Below are positions 22,512 to 37,151 of a DNA stretch of 64,000 nt, piece by piece. Under the pieces are notes generated by a model. That model had not been told where the DNA came from. It worked only from the letters and a program-made list of their open reading frames with translations, and did no database searches. Numbering within the stretch: position 1 is the first letter of the stretch; every line of letters starts with the position of its first letter. Position numbers and translations under genes: made by a program. The DNA comes from Geosiphon pyriformis uo1. Its lineage: Eukaryota; Fungi; Glomeromycota. The stretch is taken from the NCBI GenBank assembly GCA_016748015.1, contig JAAOMT010000777.1, positions 380,246 to 444,245 of the forward strand, read 5' to 3'.

Positions 22512-24659
22512 CACTTGCCAACCATTATAAAATAAATAAATAAAAATTCACGAATAATATCAAAGCTTTTTTTTTTGGAAGCTTGACAATAGTCACAGAA
22601 CTAGGGTATTTATAATGACGTCACATTTTTATAATAGTCTGATCTCCAAAATATTTATAAATATATATATATATATATATAATACGTATAAGATCATTGA
22701 TTTTTTTTTTTTTTCATAGTTATTTCTCATTTGAGCTAAGTTAATTCTTCATTGACAGCTTCATTGAGATGTAATTTTTTTTTTTGTGTACTATTTAGGA
22801 CAAGAAATTAGGCGTTTGAATAATAGTTGCAGATACGTAAAAAAAAAAAAAAAAAATTTATTTTAAACTTGGCTTTACTATTTTACTATTTATCATTTTA
22901 AACTTTATTATTTAAGTTTATAAAATATTTTATTTTTTAATAAAGAATTGAATACTTTAGGGAATTCATAAATAAGAAATTTTTTTTTTAAATAATACAA
23001 TCACACTTTAACATTTTTCTCCTTTGTTCATCTACTTTTAATTATTAACCTACGATAAAAGAATTTTATTATCTTTAAAGGTTTTTTCTCCTTTGAAATT
23101 CAAATTATTATTAAATTTATAATGGAAAATAAATAAATAAATAAGTCAATATATATATATATATATATATTGACTTATTACTTTTTATGTAAATACAATC
23201 CTGGCACACCATTAGGAAAATTTATTGCATTACCAATCTCTTTACAGAAAAGGTTGATGCATGAATATCATTTTTGGTTACCCTTTATAACATAAAACCT
23301 CCATTTAACATAATGATCAGCCGAAATTAAAATTCATCCAGGATTTGAAGCCGGTAAATAAATGTCCTGGAAAAGTTTTCAAATTGGCATTACTGCCAAG
23401 CATGTGCATGATGATTTCAAAGCAAATACCTTCATGTAGTATTCTGCCATGGCAAATATTGAGAATATTTGGGGATAGTGTGAGGGAAAAAAAGTAAAAA
23501 AAAAAAAAAATTGGTGGTAAAAAAAAAATCCATTGTCTCAATAGAGGTACTTACTAATATTCGTAACATTTTTGCCTTGTATAAATAGAGAAGGAGGCCC
23601 ATACTACATATTAAAAAAATTTCTGAGATTGTGTTTAAAAGTTGTTCCGCCATTACTATATATATATATGTATATGCATGAAAAAGGTTAGAACCTTTTA
23701 CAAGTGTCGATTTATTTTCAAGTAAATATTTTTATGGCCAAGAAAGTTTTTCGTTGAATTTTTTTATTTGGATAATGTAATTAAATCTTTAATTTAAAAT
23801 TATAATAATAATAATGATAATAATAATAATAATAATAATAGTGTAGAAAGATCACATGATAAATTGTCTTGGAGGTTATGTTTTAGAGTTAGGCAGCATT
23901 AGCATTGTTTGGTGGTTGAGTTGAGTATATTTGTAAAATCTAAATGACAAAGTAGATAAAGAAATTCAAAATATTGAATTTTTATTTTACCTTGAGGGTA
24001 TACCGTCATGGTTGCGTACTCTTTGCCCATTTGATTAAAAGTCCGAATCTTTTTCCCACAAAATAAATATCAAATTACTCAAAAATAAAATAATGGCAAA
24101 ACTTTCTACCATCCAGTGCCCCATAAGTTCAATTCAGTAATTTCACTTTTAATTTGAATCACGTCTTCCCCAATGGTGTCTAATTATTTTATGGGAAAAA
24201 TATTAAGTTTTCCCTTCCCAATAAAGGTCAAACGGTCACGAGCTAATGTAAAATAAAAATTTAAAAACTGCCATTGTCTGCAAATCGTCGACTGATATAA
24301 TTTTGGAACTAAGAACACCCTCTTTTAACACGGTTTTCATTATGTTAACATTGATATTAAAATCAGTTATTTATCTATGGAAAAAGAAGGAATTTCTGTT
24401 TATATGACACAACAAAGATTTCAAAATTACTGTTATTTAAATCTATTAATAACAATCTTATACATTTTACATGTCTGCACTTTTTTGTTTGTTCATGTCC
24501 ATGTTCATAATTTTTATATTCTTAACTAGCTTATAAAACTACTTTAAAATACACAGATATATGCAGAAATCAATTCTAAACAACTTTGATTAATAGTTTA
24601 AAGCAGGTTGTCATAATAAATTTTTACAATACTTGATATCAAGCCTGGTTACACAATGT

Positions 24660-26804
24660 CCGCACTTCCGAGTAATTCCTAATTGTCCAATCTTCCTAAT
24701 TTCTTCGCAATTTTTGCCTCTGAGTATCGGGAAAATCCTTCTTTTCTTTCTATGCGCGATCAAACCATCCCGGGTTGAATCAACACATAACTATATTCAA
24801 ACATTATTGCAGTCATCAGTTCAATATGAGCTTTCAATGGAAATAAGGATAAATGTGAAAATACTCACAGCCCATTTAATTACCGCTTCGTACAAGAACA
24901 CAAATTGGGTATGTCAACCCAATCTCTTGGCAAGCAGAAGCTGTCAACCTCAAACAATCTGTGTGTGCCTAAAATTGAATATGTCAACTCCTAACGTAGT
25001 CAGCATTTTGAATGCATATTTCACATATTGCATACTGGAGAAATCAATCATTGTAAGCGAGACTTCAGTCTTGAAAGCCATCAAATCGTATACCCTCAAA
25101 TCCGTGAAAAGGTGTCGGTGGGCGTTCGCTTCTGAAATAACAACTTGATTGTAGAGCGCTGCCATATTAGTCGCATTCTTTACGTCATCATCAACGTTTT
25201 TCTGTTGTAATGCCCCTGGTCTCTCCCCTTCGCCACAGACAATAGGGTAATTCACCACGTCATTGAGGAATCCCACGCCGTCAGCTCGCAGTTAAGTTTT
25301 GAGGCCTAGAGGTATTTCACCACTAGAAAAGTGCAAAAATTTAATCATCGATATAATTTACATTATCCAAGTAAAACGAAGTCCAAAGACAATTACTATA
25401 TGTAGTTCACTTTGGCGAATATCCACAGTGCCGAGTCAATCACGGGATGTATAAACTGATTGAGATGTACTTTTTCAAGAGTTGTGATATCTCTCAAGGG
25501 ATTGAAAGCCGTAAGCGAAAATGCTTTAAAACTGAAAGAAAATGATGAGAATTTGTCAGTCAATTGTGCTACATCTCATCCTTTTCTTACTATTTTGGTA
25601 AATTTTCCATTATCAATTTCTTGGTTTTGGCTAACAATTCAGAATCGCAATCAGTGCTGATGATATTGTCCACAGCATCACTCCATCCTTGGAAACCATG
25701 ATCTTCATTAAAAAACGCTGTAAGGTACTCGTGGATTTCGCTGGTGATATAATCGTCGATGTGATTAAAGACTTCGCGCAACAGTTCTTCCTGAAGAACT
25801 GAGTCCAGAATTAGCGAGAACTCGGACTTTGGTCTTAAATTCATTATCATCGTTCCAGGAAAATACTTAAAGAAAATATTGGCAACCGCTTCTTCGGCAG
25901 GTGATGCTGCCATCGAATCTTCGAGAATATTCTTGACAAGTATCCTCTATGAGCAAAATAACAAATCAGCATCCTTCTCCAAGAATCCCAAGACATTGGT
26001 AGAAAATACCCTCTCTTCGGCCGTGCTTCCTTCTGGCATGTCTTCAATGTGCTTTTCTTGATTTTCTTTTCGTTCTTCCCACCAACGCCCGCTATTAGTT
26101 TTTGTTGCCACATCGGAAACCCATAGGTTCATCCTTGCCTTCTCACCTTTCTCATTCTCGGTGCCGTTGTGTTCGCCCCGCGCACCAGAATCCTCGAGAT
26201 CATGGCCTTCTCACCTCTCTCATTCTCGGTGCCGTTGTGTTCGCCCCGCTCATCAGAATCCTCAAGATTACGGTCGCCTTTCACCAACTGCGAAGCGCGT
26301 CAATGAACATGCCAGGTAAGTTCATTCCAAATGAGATAGCCAAACAATACTTACTGCTGCGAATTGCTCACTGCTCATATCCACAATAGTTGTTTTGTCA
26401 TTAACAACGCTTAATTCGACCTTTGTCCTGTACCGATTCTACCGTTGGATTTAGATACATTTAATAACAAGAACATTTTATGAAAACCTACAAAGACCAG
26501 ACTTGTGAATAACCTGAGAAAGCTTCAAATCCTGATTTTCTAGAAAACGTTTTATCACAATATCGCGTTCCATGGTTGTTTCCAGCTTATCACAGATTTT
26601 AGTTGCTTTTCTTTTCGCTGCTGAGAGTGTATTACTTTCCTCCGCAATATTTCCCAACTCTTCCTTGAATGCATGACAGATGTCCTTGAAACTTCCACTT
26701 GTATATTCAATATTCATAGCCAAGTACTCTAAAACTCCAAGCATGCTCCATTTTGTATAGCTACTAGACCGCAAGTACTTTAAAATATATTTGTTGAACC
26801 TCAT
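24660..26804 (-). pseudogene. Multi-exon hypothetical protein with a putative PD-(D/E)XK REase-like (Crinkler-type) C-terminal domain, disrupted
   Basis: Exon-like ORFs with splice signals (e.g. intron 26439-26513); motif LRADGVG..PIVCGEGERPGA..KNVDDDVK; in-frame TAA just before LRADG. Family call is pattern-based; 3' boundary approximate. Confidence 0.5.
26138..26285. repeat. ~68-bp tandem duplication inside the pseudogene
   Basis: CCTTCTCACCT(T/C)TCTCATTCTCGGTGCCGTTGTGTTCGCCCCGC occurs twice. Confidence 0.85.
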
Positions 26805-26999
26805 CTGCAAAAAAAATTGAAGAACAAGTTAATCAGAATATATAGACCTTCTGTCAATTTAGTTTGGGACTGCTTACTTTGATCCTTTATTGTTGGAGTC
26901 AAAATCTAAAATGGAGGAAGTGAAAGCAATAATTAAGATAGACAACATAGAGAGAGAGAGAGAGAAAACTGGCTTGACAAATGATTTCTGGTAAGAGAT

Positions 27000-27300
27000 G
27001 AAGGAGTATGCTACAATGACAGTGTCTGTCCAATAGAACAAACAGACCAAAGAGGGTATCCTTGCATCTCCCCACCAAACATCGGCCGCAGGGGTTACTA
27101 AGCATAAGTGCTTTAGCTTGGCCATACGGAGGTAGGAAATCATTACGTCTAATATGCTAGAGACAAGACGAAGGAGTAGGCTACAATGGCAGTGTCTGTC
27201 TAATAGAACAAACAGACCAAAGAGGGTATCCTTGCATTCTTGCTCTAAACGACAGTCGCGGGGGTTGCAAAGGACTAAGTGCTCAGCTCGGCCATACGGG
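27000..27300. repeat. ~170-bp-period direct repeat
   Basis: GAAGGAGTA(T/G)GCTACAATG..AATAGAACAAACAGACCAAAGAGGGTATCCTTGCAT..GGCCATACGG at ~27000 and ~27170. Confidence 0.85.
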
Positions 27301-29130
27301 ATGTCGGATATTATGGGTCGCCAGATCAAAAATTATTTAATTCTGCTCAACTTTGATGATCAAAGGGTTGAGCATAGCGAGAGCAAAAATCGACAGGGCA
27401 CGCATTAACACTTACGGAATTGTGTTAATGATGGACGCGTTCGTGATGACGCCATCCTATTGTCAAACAGCATGCCCCACAAATATTTTTATAGTAAATT
27501 AGCCAATCAAATATTAGAGTTAAGAAGATAATATAATACAAAGATTCTAAGAATGCTAAAAATTCCAGAAATATTAAAGGAATAATTAAAACTTTTATAT
27601 TATTAAGAATAAGTATATATAATTGTAGTAATAAAAAAACAGTTCTAATTTTAATTATTTAACTATTTAAGAATATAGTTGAAAATTAACTATTTAATAT
27701 TTTAAATAAAAATTATTGTTTTATAAAAAAAACTTTATAAAATACACTATTGTTAATACTTATTTCATTTAAAATTTTTTTTAAAAAATATTAAATACTA
27801 AAATATAATAAATATTTATATTTTGAATTAATAACTCTTAATTATAACTATTAATAAAATAACTTTATTATTATTATTATTATTATTATTTATTCTATTG
27901 TAATTTGTTTTATTATTGTATTAATTATTTAAAAAAATAAATATTAAGATTATAATATTAAGAATTATTTAATAAAAAATAAAAAATTAATTTATAAAAA
28001 GTTAAAAAACTTATTAAAAAAAATAAAACCATCAGAATAAACTAATTATTATGTTAAAAAAATAAAATATTAAGATTTATCTAAAGTAATTTTGATATAA
28101 TCTTTGTTTTTTTTTAAAAATTACAAAGTTTTTAATAAAAAATTAATAACTAAGTTATTTATTATATTATATTATATTATATTTTAAATAATTAAAAAAG
28201 TTAAATTGGCCAAAAACTATTTTTTAAATTTTTATTATATTTAATAACAACTTTTTTAAAGTATTAAAAGATTTTTTTGAAGGTTTTTGGTATTAATTCT
28301 AATGTTTTAAGCTAGTTCTTTTTTTATAAAAAATAAAGCTTAGATTTTTTTGTTTCTTTTTGGCATTTTTACTAGTTTTATATTATTTATATTAATAATA
28401 TTTAATTTTTTTATAATTATTAATAAAAAAAATTTTTATTTTAAATAATAACAATAAAAACATATTAATTAATTATAAAATAAATTAGTTTTTAATTATA
28501 TGATCTAATATATTAATTTTTAATCAATTATTATTGGTTTTAAAAACAAATTAAATTATATTTTATATATAATTTTATTTAATTAATTTATTGAATTATC
28601 TAATTTTAAAAATTAAACTGATTAAATAAAATAAAAATTATCTTTTTTTTGTTTTTTTAATAATATTGTTTTTAATAATACTTAAAAAACAATTGTTAAT
28701 TATCAAAAAAATTTTGAATAAATAATTTTTATTCTAATATTTAATGTTTTTAAAATCTACTTTGCTTATATTAAGTTTTTATATGATTTTATTAGTATAA
28801 AATCTGGTTTAAAAACAACAATAAGTTATTTTGTGTTAAATTTACATTTTAAATATTTTTAAATACTATTATTTAAGTTTAATTTATTGATTTTTTGTTC
28901 TTTATTATTTTAAAAATTGCAAAATTTTTTATAATGTTTTTGTTTTTGTTATTGCTTTGTATAATATTTTTATTAATAATATTAAAATATTTTAAATATT
29001 TTTGATAAGATTTTTAAAATTAATTTAAAGTTTGTTAATTAATAATAATATATTATTGTGTATTTTAACAGTTTTAAAATTGTTAAAGTAATTTTTGCTT
29101 ATTAATTAATAAAAAATAGCATTAAAATTC

Positions 29131-32100
29131 TTTTTTTTTATTTTATTTTTTTATTAAGCTTTTAATGAGTAAAGCCCAACCATTATCTAGTATACAAAAT
29201 CAGACTAAATAATCAAAACTAGATGTGATTCATGCATTTTCGACATGTGGCTAGCCATTCAGGCCAGACAAGGCAATACTATACACTTAAAACAACACAA
29301 AAGTTACAATCTAAACTGGTGAAAAAGTGACATAACTGCCACCAGTCAAAATTAACCATGAAAGACTCAATAATACCAAGCATTCTAACTACTTTTTCTA
29401 ACAGCAAAAACTCAACACAATGTGACAAATCCAATACCACTCCGTCATCACCTACCAAGTCTGTTCTTTCCATCTTCACCCTATGTTTACATCTTACTAG
29501 CCAAATTTTAAAATGATACAACTCAGCAAACTGCCGAACAAACCCAAAAATCATGTGGAAAGCCTCCTTTTTCCCATCAAAAACATTAACAGCTTCTTTA
29601 TACTAGTTTCTAAGCACAAACCTTTTGCATAAAACTGAATACAAGCCAACATCCAAAGAGCACCAACTAAGATCCTGCAAAACAGCAGAAGAAGCCAGGC
29701 TAACAACACCCAACAAAGAAGTCCAAGATATAAAGGCTTTAGCCAAAACCTCTTCTCGAACTCCAGCATCTGATACACATGTAAAAACATGATTAGACAT
29801 CTTCACCTCACCACATGATAAACACAATACACCAGAGTACCTCTTATTATACAACCTTTTCCTAACTGCAACAGGCAGCCATCGGTGCACAGCTTTTATC
29901 AGATATATACACAAACCAGAAAATTTCTGACTAGTAAAACTGACAAGCATATGAGAATCAGGATGCCATATCTTAGCTGTGACATCCCAGTCCACACACC
30001 CAACCAGATTACTTGGAACAACATCTTGGCCAGGACCAGCTTCCCAATGAGCACAACAAATAGACTGAAACACATTCCTAATAAAATAGTGGACATTGCC
30101 AGACACGGCTGTATTTTCTGCCACCAAAAAATGTTCACACACTCCAACAGACAAAAAAAACTTAGAACATGTAGCATAACCAGTAGCAGCATCTGCCTTT
30201 ATATTATCTATGACTCCAGAATGGCCCTTGATCTTTATCCAACTTATGACAAGATCTTTATCTCTAACTAAATTAAAAATGTAATGTCTTTCTATTCAGC
30301 ATGGAACACGAAAGTCAGACACAGCCAGAGACATTTCAGATACACACACATCAATGGCAGCCTGGCTGTCAAGATACAATACCACAGCACAAGAGGATGG
30401 GACACACTCCAATGCCAAAGCAACCACCTGCAATTCAGATAGAGTGGAAGACAATAAACCACAAACCCTAACACCAACATTCAGATTCACAGAAAAAAAA
30501 TATGCAGCTGTACCGCCAACAACATCAGCAGTCCCAGCATCTTTTAACAAACCATCCGTGTAGACATCAAACAAACTAGACCAAATTTCATGCAACTCAC
30601 TCTGTATATCAGAGAACTCCAAAGAATTCAGAACATCTGTTTCAGGTAGAAGATCAGTCCCAGCAGAAACAACCAACAAAGAGTCCATATCCAACAAAAA
30701 TTTTGTAACAGTCACAAATCATAAAGGAACAGAGCCCCTTGGATCCAGTCTCTTTCAACAATGGAAGGTCTTCCACTCTATCACCCGACCATTTTTATTC
30801 AACAGCCTATTATCAAAAGCAACACCAAAATGTTTCAATAAACAAACTGAGCTAAAGTAAAGACTATTTCCCAATACAGAAGATACAGGAAACACACCAG
30901 GACTGCAGAAAGCATTTGGCAAATTGTTAGCTAAAGACAGTTTATTACCCAAGAAAATCTTGACCACACCAGCCAAAAAATTGTCCACAGAACTAACACA
31001 CAACTTAACAGGAAACTGCAAGGGGTTCATCGGAGCCCAACTCAGAATCTGCAAATCCAAAAATTTATAATTGAACAAATGCCCAAGAATACCAGAAGCA
31101 TTGGCAAATAAAACCACGGCAGCTAATTTACACTCTAACTGCAATTGCTCAAATGACTTCAAGCCATATAATGAAGGGTAATGTACTGCTTCTACTGGAA
31201 AATCACGTGGCAAGTATGTCTTAGACTTAAGACTCTTTTGAATTATAGCATCCCATTTGTGGCAAACTTTCAATGAAACAAAACTAAACTGGGTTCTGTA
31301 GTTAACAATGGACTGCAAAATGGCTGAAACCAAATAAGAGAACTGCTTGTCAGTAATAACTTTCTTTAGTACCATATTGACAAAAAAGTGCACATTAGAA
31401 TAAGCTTTGGTCACACTTGGCTTAGATAACTCTTTGGTAGACAGAAAAATACCCAAGTATTTATGAGCTTCACCCTTTCTGGCTATTGAAATTAGCTAAC
31501 CACTTATGCTTAAAGAAGCCGACTTAACACCCTAATTAATAAGAATGGCCACAGTTTTTTCATTGTTAATAGAAATGTTATTAATCACAAAAAACTCACT
31601 AGTGATATTCAGAGTATACTGCATTGATGTTTGACAATCACTAACCCAAATTGTATCATCCACAAATACACCAGCAGCAAAGAAAAAGAATAACCTGCTA
31701 TTAGTCTCAATTCTATCAGTTCTTGCAATCAACTTAGTGTCAATCTGATAACTACACAAATGTTCATGTCTCTTGACTTCGCACAGAAGAGAATCATAGA
31801 AAATCTTCCAAAGAAGAGGCAAAAAAACCTCATCTTGATCCAATCTGTCACACACTCTGTATCCATCAGTAAGACTGAAATCATTCATAACTCTATTAAT
31901 TCTATCATTATGTATGCTGCCAAAGAATCTGATAAACCTATTACACATTTTGATTTGACACAAACTAGCCTCCAAGTGATGCCAACCCACAGAATCATAG
32001 GCCTTGTGCATGTCCTAAAGAACCAACCAAAGTTCACAATTTTTTTCAAAAGCATCTTTGACAACTGAACCAACTGCAAACACAGAAAATTGGGTAGACA

Positions 32101-35100
32101 TACCCTTTAAAATGGAAAAGTTGTCACCATGTAAAACACCAAACTTGCTGTATATAAAAAAAAATCCTATTAGAAAAAATCTTGAAAAAAATCTTCCTGG
32201 CAGTTTCAATCAAAGCTATAGGCTGTGTATTCATAAGAATCCCATCCCAATCATAAGGTTTGGAAATCATTGAGACCCAAGCCCTCCTTCAAAAAACAGA
32301 AACACCACCAACTACCAAACATGCATTCAGCAATCTCAAAAGAAATCCCAACACTTCAATGCCACTATGTTTCCAGAGTTTATTAGGAATGCTGGACAAA
32401 CCAGCAGCTTTACCATCAGGCAGACCATTGATAACCAAGAGCAGCTCACTCAGACTGACAGCATCTATTATGCCAGAAAAAGCACAATTCTGCACATAAT
32501 TCAACGGAGCATATTGATGGGCCCAGAAGTCAGGTATTACCAAAGACACTGCTCGTTTCCTAGTCCAACCCTCCATGATCTTGTCTACATTGAGCTTTAT
32601 TTTCTCAGGTTCCAAAATTAATTCATTATCTACTATTAAGTAATCTAGAACTACTTTGTGAAAAAGCCAATCCAAAATACTCCTGATCATGCTACCTTTG
32701 TCAAAGCAGAAATTTTCCATGCATTTTGAGATTGCCAACCTAATAGAAGCTTCTTCAGCCACTCTTGACTTATGCAACTTTGATTTTCTGTATTTTTTAC
32801 AGACCAATAACAAATGCCCAAGAACCACCTCAGACTTCTCACCCAAGCTAACCAAGTCAGTGAAAGCATGAGCCTTGACACTATTTAATATCAACTATGT
32901 CTTCACAAGACAATGAACACTATACAAGTTGCCTAAACCAAACTTTTTAACAATTTTGGCAATCAACAATTCCAAACCAAAGAACTTAAAGGAAAGTTTG
33001 TTCCTAGAACAATGAAATTCACTAAACCAATGTCTTGAAAATGTCTTGTTGGCCAACTTTACCATTATCTTCTCCAAAACTGCCCACATAGTATCCACAT
33101 CACCATGAGTTTCAGCACCAAGAAATTTATCAGCAACTGCCAAAAGTTTGGCAAAAAGGCACTCTCTAAATCCAGTCCACTTGGGGCCATCAGCGTCTTT
33201 GATTTTGAACTTCCAATGATCTTTATTAGCCTGTTTGCACAAGCTATTTAACTAAACATTTAGGAGTCCACCCAAGCCAATCAAAACCAAAACAGCCTCA
33301 TGATCCATATCAAAAAATTCAGATACAGAGCATATCCGGTGTCCAGCAATGGCAGAAGAAAAATTACTGCCAATAAAAATAAAATTGATTGTCTTTTTAA
33401 TTCCCCACGAGTTGTACTATGTGGGGCTCTTTGCCAAATAATGATTGGTAAACAAATTAACCAAACCCAGATTCAAACAAAACTTGAATGTTACATTTCT
33501 CTTAGATCCATTCTCATTAAAATTTCCACCCAAGACCATGAAAGTGCTAGAGTTAATAGCTTCTGCAATTATAGAGTTCACCTTCAAAGCTTGAGCGAAT
33601 CTGGTTTCAGAAGAGACACCAGCATATAAATCCAGAATTGTGACTGAAAGCTTGCCTTTAAACGAAAGTTGAACTGAAATAACCTGGCCAGGAATCTCTT
33701 TGACCTTAGACACATGACAAGCCAATGAATTGTTCATAATTACAGTGACCCCAGCACCCAAAAAATCTTTATCCAAGCCAAACATGAAAACACACACACT
33801 CTCAAACTTATTAGCAATCCAAGACTTGCTACTGGACCTCAATTTTGTTTCTGTAATGATAGAAACCATATTTCCAAACTCTTTATGCCAACAAACAATG
33901 TCTTTCTGCTTAGCAGAAACATTGAAACCTCAAACATTACACATAGCCACTTTCCACACCAAACCACTTATTGAGATGAAAGGGGAGCTGAAGAACCTGC
34001 ACCAGAACACAGATGATTTAACCTTTCCAAAACCAAACTAATTGAGATCTCAAAAGCTACTATTTTCAATTCCAATCTGCCTACCTTGGAGGTCAAAACC
34101 TTGGAAAAACTCAAGCCAGAATCATGGACCACATCATTAGCAGTTGAGAGATAAGGAGCAGAAGCCAATGTCTTATCCTCCAAAACCATATCCACATCCA
34201 AAAATGGCACCAAAGAGGTAGGAGTGGTCAAAGAAAAAACACCAGAAGAAGTTGCCTTTAGTATCAGTTCCATGTCACCTAACTTTTTTAATATACCAGA
34301 CACCTGATTTGTTAAGAGCTCTAAGGAGCATTCCAAAGTGGCCAGATGGGCATTCAAAGAAGAATCATTGGCTGAAGTGAGAGGAAAACCACTGTCTGAA
34401 TCTGAGACACCAGAAAGAGGGGCACTAGAGCTGGAACCAGAACTAAAACGAAGACCACCAAAAGAACTAGCAAGTGAGACTACCTGGGTCTAAGATTTGC
34501 CACCAAAGGCAGTAGAGTGAGATATCGAAACACTTTTCTTTTCATACAACTTTGCCAACTGAAGACAACATCCATCAGAAGCAATTTTTTTAAATATTCT
34601 CAAAGATTTGGATGGGAATACAATGGGTGCATCATATTCTATAGCAAAATGACCAAATTTTCCACATTTTTTACACCAAACCAGATTCATCCTTGTCCAA
34701 GAAAGTTTAACACCACCAAGAATTGGCTCTGTGTGAAAAGCAGATTCCAGATCATCATCAGATTCAAAACCAATGACAGCACAATAAATCCTATTACCAG
34801 TTTCCAGATATCTGTTTATGACACAAGTTTTCCCACCAGTCCTATCAAGAAGAGTTCTAAGATTATGTGCCATTGTTCCTACTGGCAAAGTAAATAAAAG
34901 CACCCTGAACTGATCCTTTGATGCCCAAGTCTCACAATTTTCCATTGCTTTGGCTACTTACACAGAATCCTTATCAATCAGGAATAACTACTTAGAGGCT
35001 AATAAATTAGCTTGGCCCAATTCAGCAAACTCCACCACAGCTTTTTGCCACATTCCAATTAGTTGAATTTTGACTGACTTAATTTCCCCAAACTCAGATA

Positions 35101-35975
35101 TTGCGGCAACAATCATATCTTTAGGAGTATTCATGGGAATTTTTTTGATCACCACAGCCCAATCTGACCTCATTTCTTGTCTTTTAAGATTACTGTTTAC
35201 ATCAATTCCTTTTTCTCTAGCCAATAATACGGCCACTTCCATGCTTTTTTCTAAAGTAAACATTGATTGAATGATCTCTTCAAATTTTAAGAGGGTAGTG
35301 GCCCCCCCAAAACCATTGACTATTGAAAAAATTTTCCTAATTAACTGAGTTTTTGCCATTGCAGATTTTTTTTTTACAGCTGAAAGATTAATATCTAAAG
35401 CAAATAATCTCTTAACTGACACTTTTACAGAAGTCTTAATAATCTTTGGATCAATCCACTTTTTTTTTAGAAAGATAAACAAGTGAGAGGAAAGCACAAT
35501 TTCATCATCATCCATAGTGAAGTCAGAAGAGCCAAGCGGAAAACCAAACATTGTATCAGTATTAACACATTTTACCTTGGGAGTGGTTGCAGCCGAATCC
35601 AGAAAAGATCCTCTATTTACACCTATCATGCCAACATTCTCATCATCACTAGACAAACTATCCACATCAGAGTACACACTATCATCAGGCCCAGATTTAC
35701 TCAAAGAAATATCCTTCTCATCACCAGAGTGTTTAATATTGCCAAGAACCAACTTTTTTTTCTGAGTGAAAAAACCATCAGCAGGACCATGGAAAGCATT
35801 TTTGGGCACCTTTTTTTTTAACATATTACCACCCAAAACAGTTTTCAAATTCATGACAAAGGGGTTATTATTTAAAAAAATGTTGAAAAAAACTAACAAG
35901 AAAAAATAAAAAACTTTTTTTTCAGAAAATGTGCTTTTTGAAGATTTTTGGAGGTAAGAGAGAAAGAAGTTTTTT
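29131..35975 (-). mobile_element. Full-length LINE (ORF1; ORF2 = APE-RT-RNase H-zinc finger), degenerate
   Basis: ORF1 ~35854-33968; APE IITETKL/GGNFN; RT QDMHKAYDSVGW and FVDD; RNase H VYTDG..SELQ..LDSQAAI..IKGHSG; CLSCGE..HVFTC; 3' UTR and A-rich tail near 29131-29160. Confidence 0.93.
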
Positions 35976-37117
35976 GGGTAGATATTTTTTTTTTTAATTA
36001 AAAAAAGTTATTGTTTTTTGTAATATGTTTAAGATTAAGTTAATAATTTTTTTTTGGTCATACTGCTTTTAAAATTAGTAAATTAATTTTTTGAATTTGT
36101 AATTATACTTGTTTTATTTTTTAGGATTTTAATTTTTTTTAACAATTAAGATATATAATTATTATATTTAGTTTTTAAATTAATTTAAATATTATTATTA
36201 ATAAAACTAATATATTAAAAAAAATCATATTTAATAAAAAACTCTTAAATATTAATATTGTTTTAAATATTAAAATTTAAACTATTTAATTTTGAATTAT
36301 AAAGTATTTTTAATTTTTTTTAAAGTTTGTATTTAAATTTATAGTTAGTTTTAAAATTTTTGGATTTATTTTATTAATTTAAAATTTTATATTAAAACTA
36401 TTAATTTTTTGGTTTTTTTGTTATTATTGCTATTGTTTTTAATTTTGTAATTAATTTTAAGTTGATTTTTCAAAAATTTGAACTGGTTAAATTAATTTTG
36501 TTAATTAAGTTTATTATTAAATTTATTAATATTTCGAATTTTTTTAATTATAAAGTTAGTTAATGCTTTTTTTTTAAAGATTAAAATTAAAAAAATTATT
36601 TAATTGATAAAAATATTGTATTTTTGGAAAAATTATTAAGAATATAAATAAAAATATTATTAATTTCAAAATAAAATATAATATAAATAGTTTTCTTAAT
36701 AATAATATAATTAATAATAATTTTAGATTTTTTATTAATAAAAATACTTTTGCTAAAATAATAGTAATTTGAAAACTGTAAACTTCTAATATTAAATTTA
36801 ATATAAATAAAACTGCTGTATAAATATTTAATTTAATTTTTAATAATAATAATAATTTAATTATAATTTTACATAAGCTAATTGTTTTAAATAAGTTTGT
36901 TTTTGTAAATTTACTTAGTTTAATTTAAACTGGTTTAGATAATTAATTATATATAAAAAATACATAAATTATATTTAATTTAAAATACTTAAATATTGTA
37001 TTATATTAGATAATTATTAAATTATATTTTATTAAAACATAAAAAAAATACTTGTTTAAAATATATTAAATAAACAATAACAATAATAACAATAACAACA
37101 ACAACAACAACAACAAC

Positions 37118-37151
<34 letters not shown>

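Noticed and set aside
23317-23653. Small ORFs with a GTAAGT donor
   Set aside because: No recognisable product or convincing spliced frame.
29215-29270. Possible hammerhead ribozyme in the LINE 3' UTR (CTGA...GAAA)
   Set aside because: No CUGANGA core and no correctly placed stem III/UH cleavage triplet.
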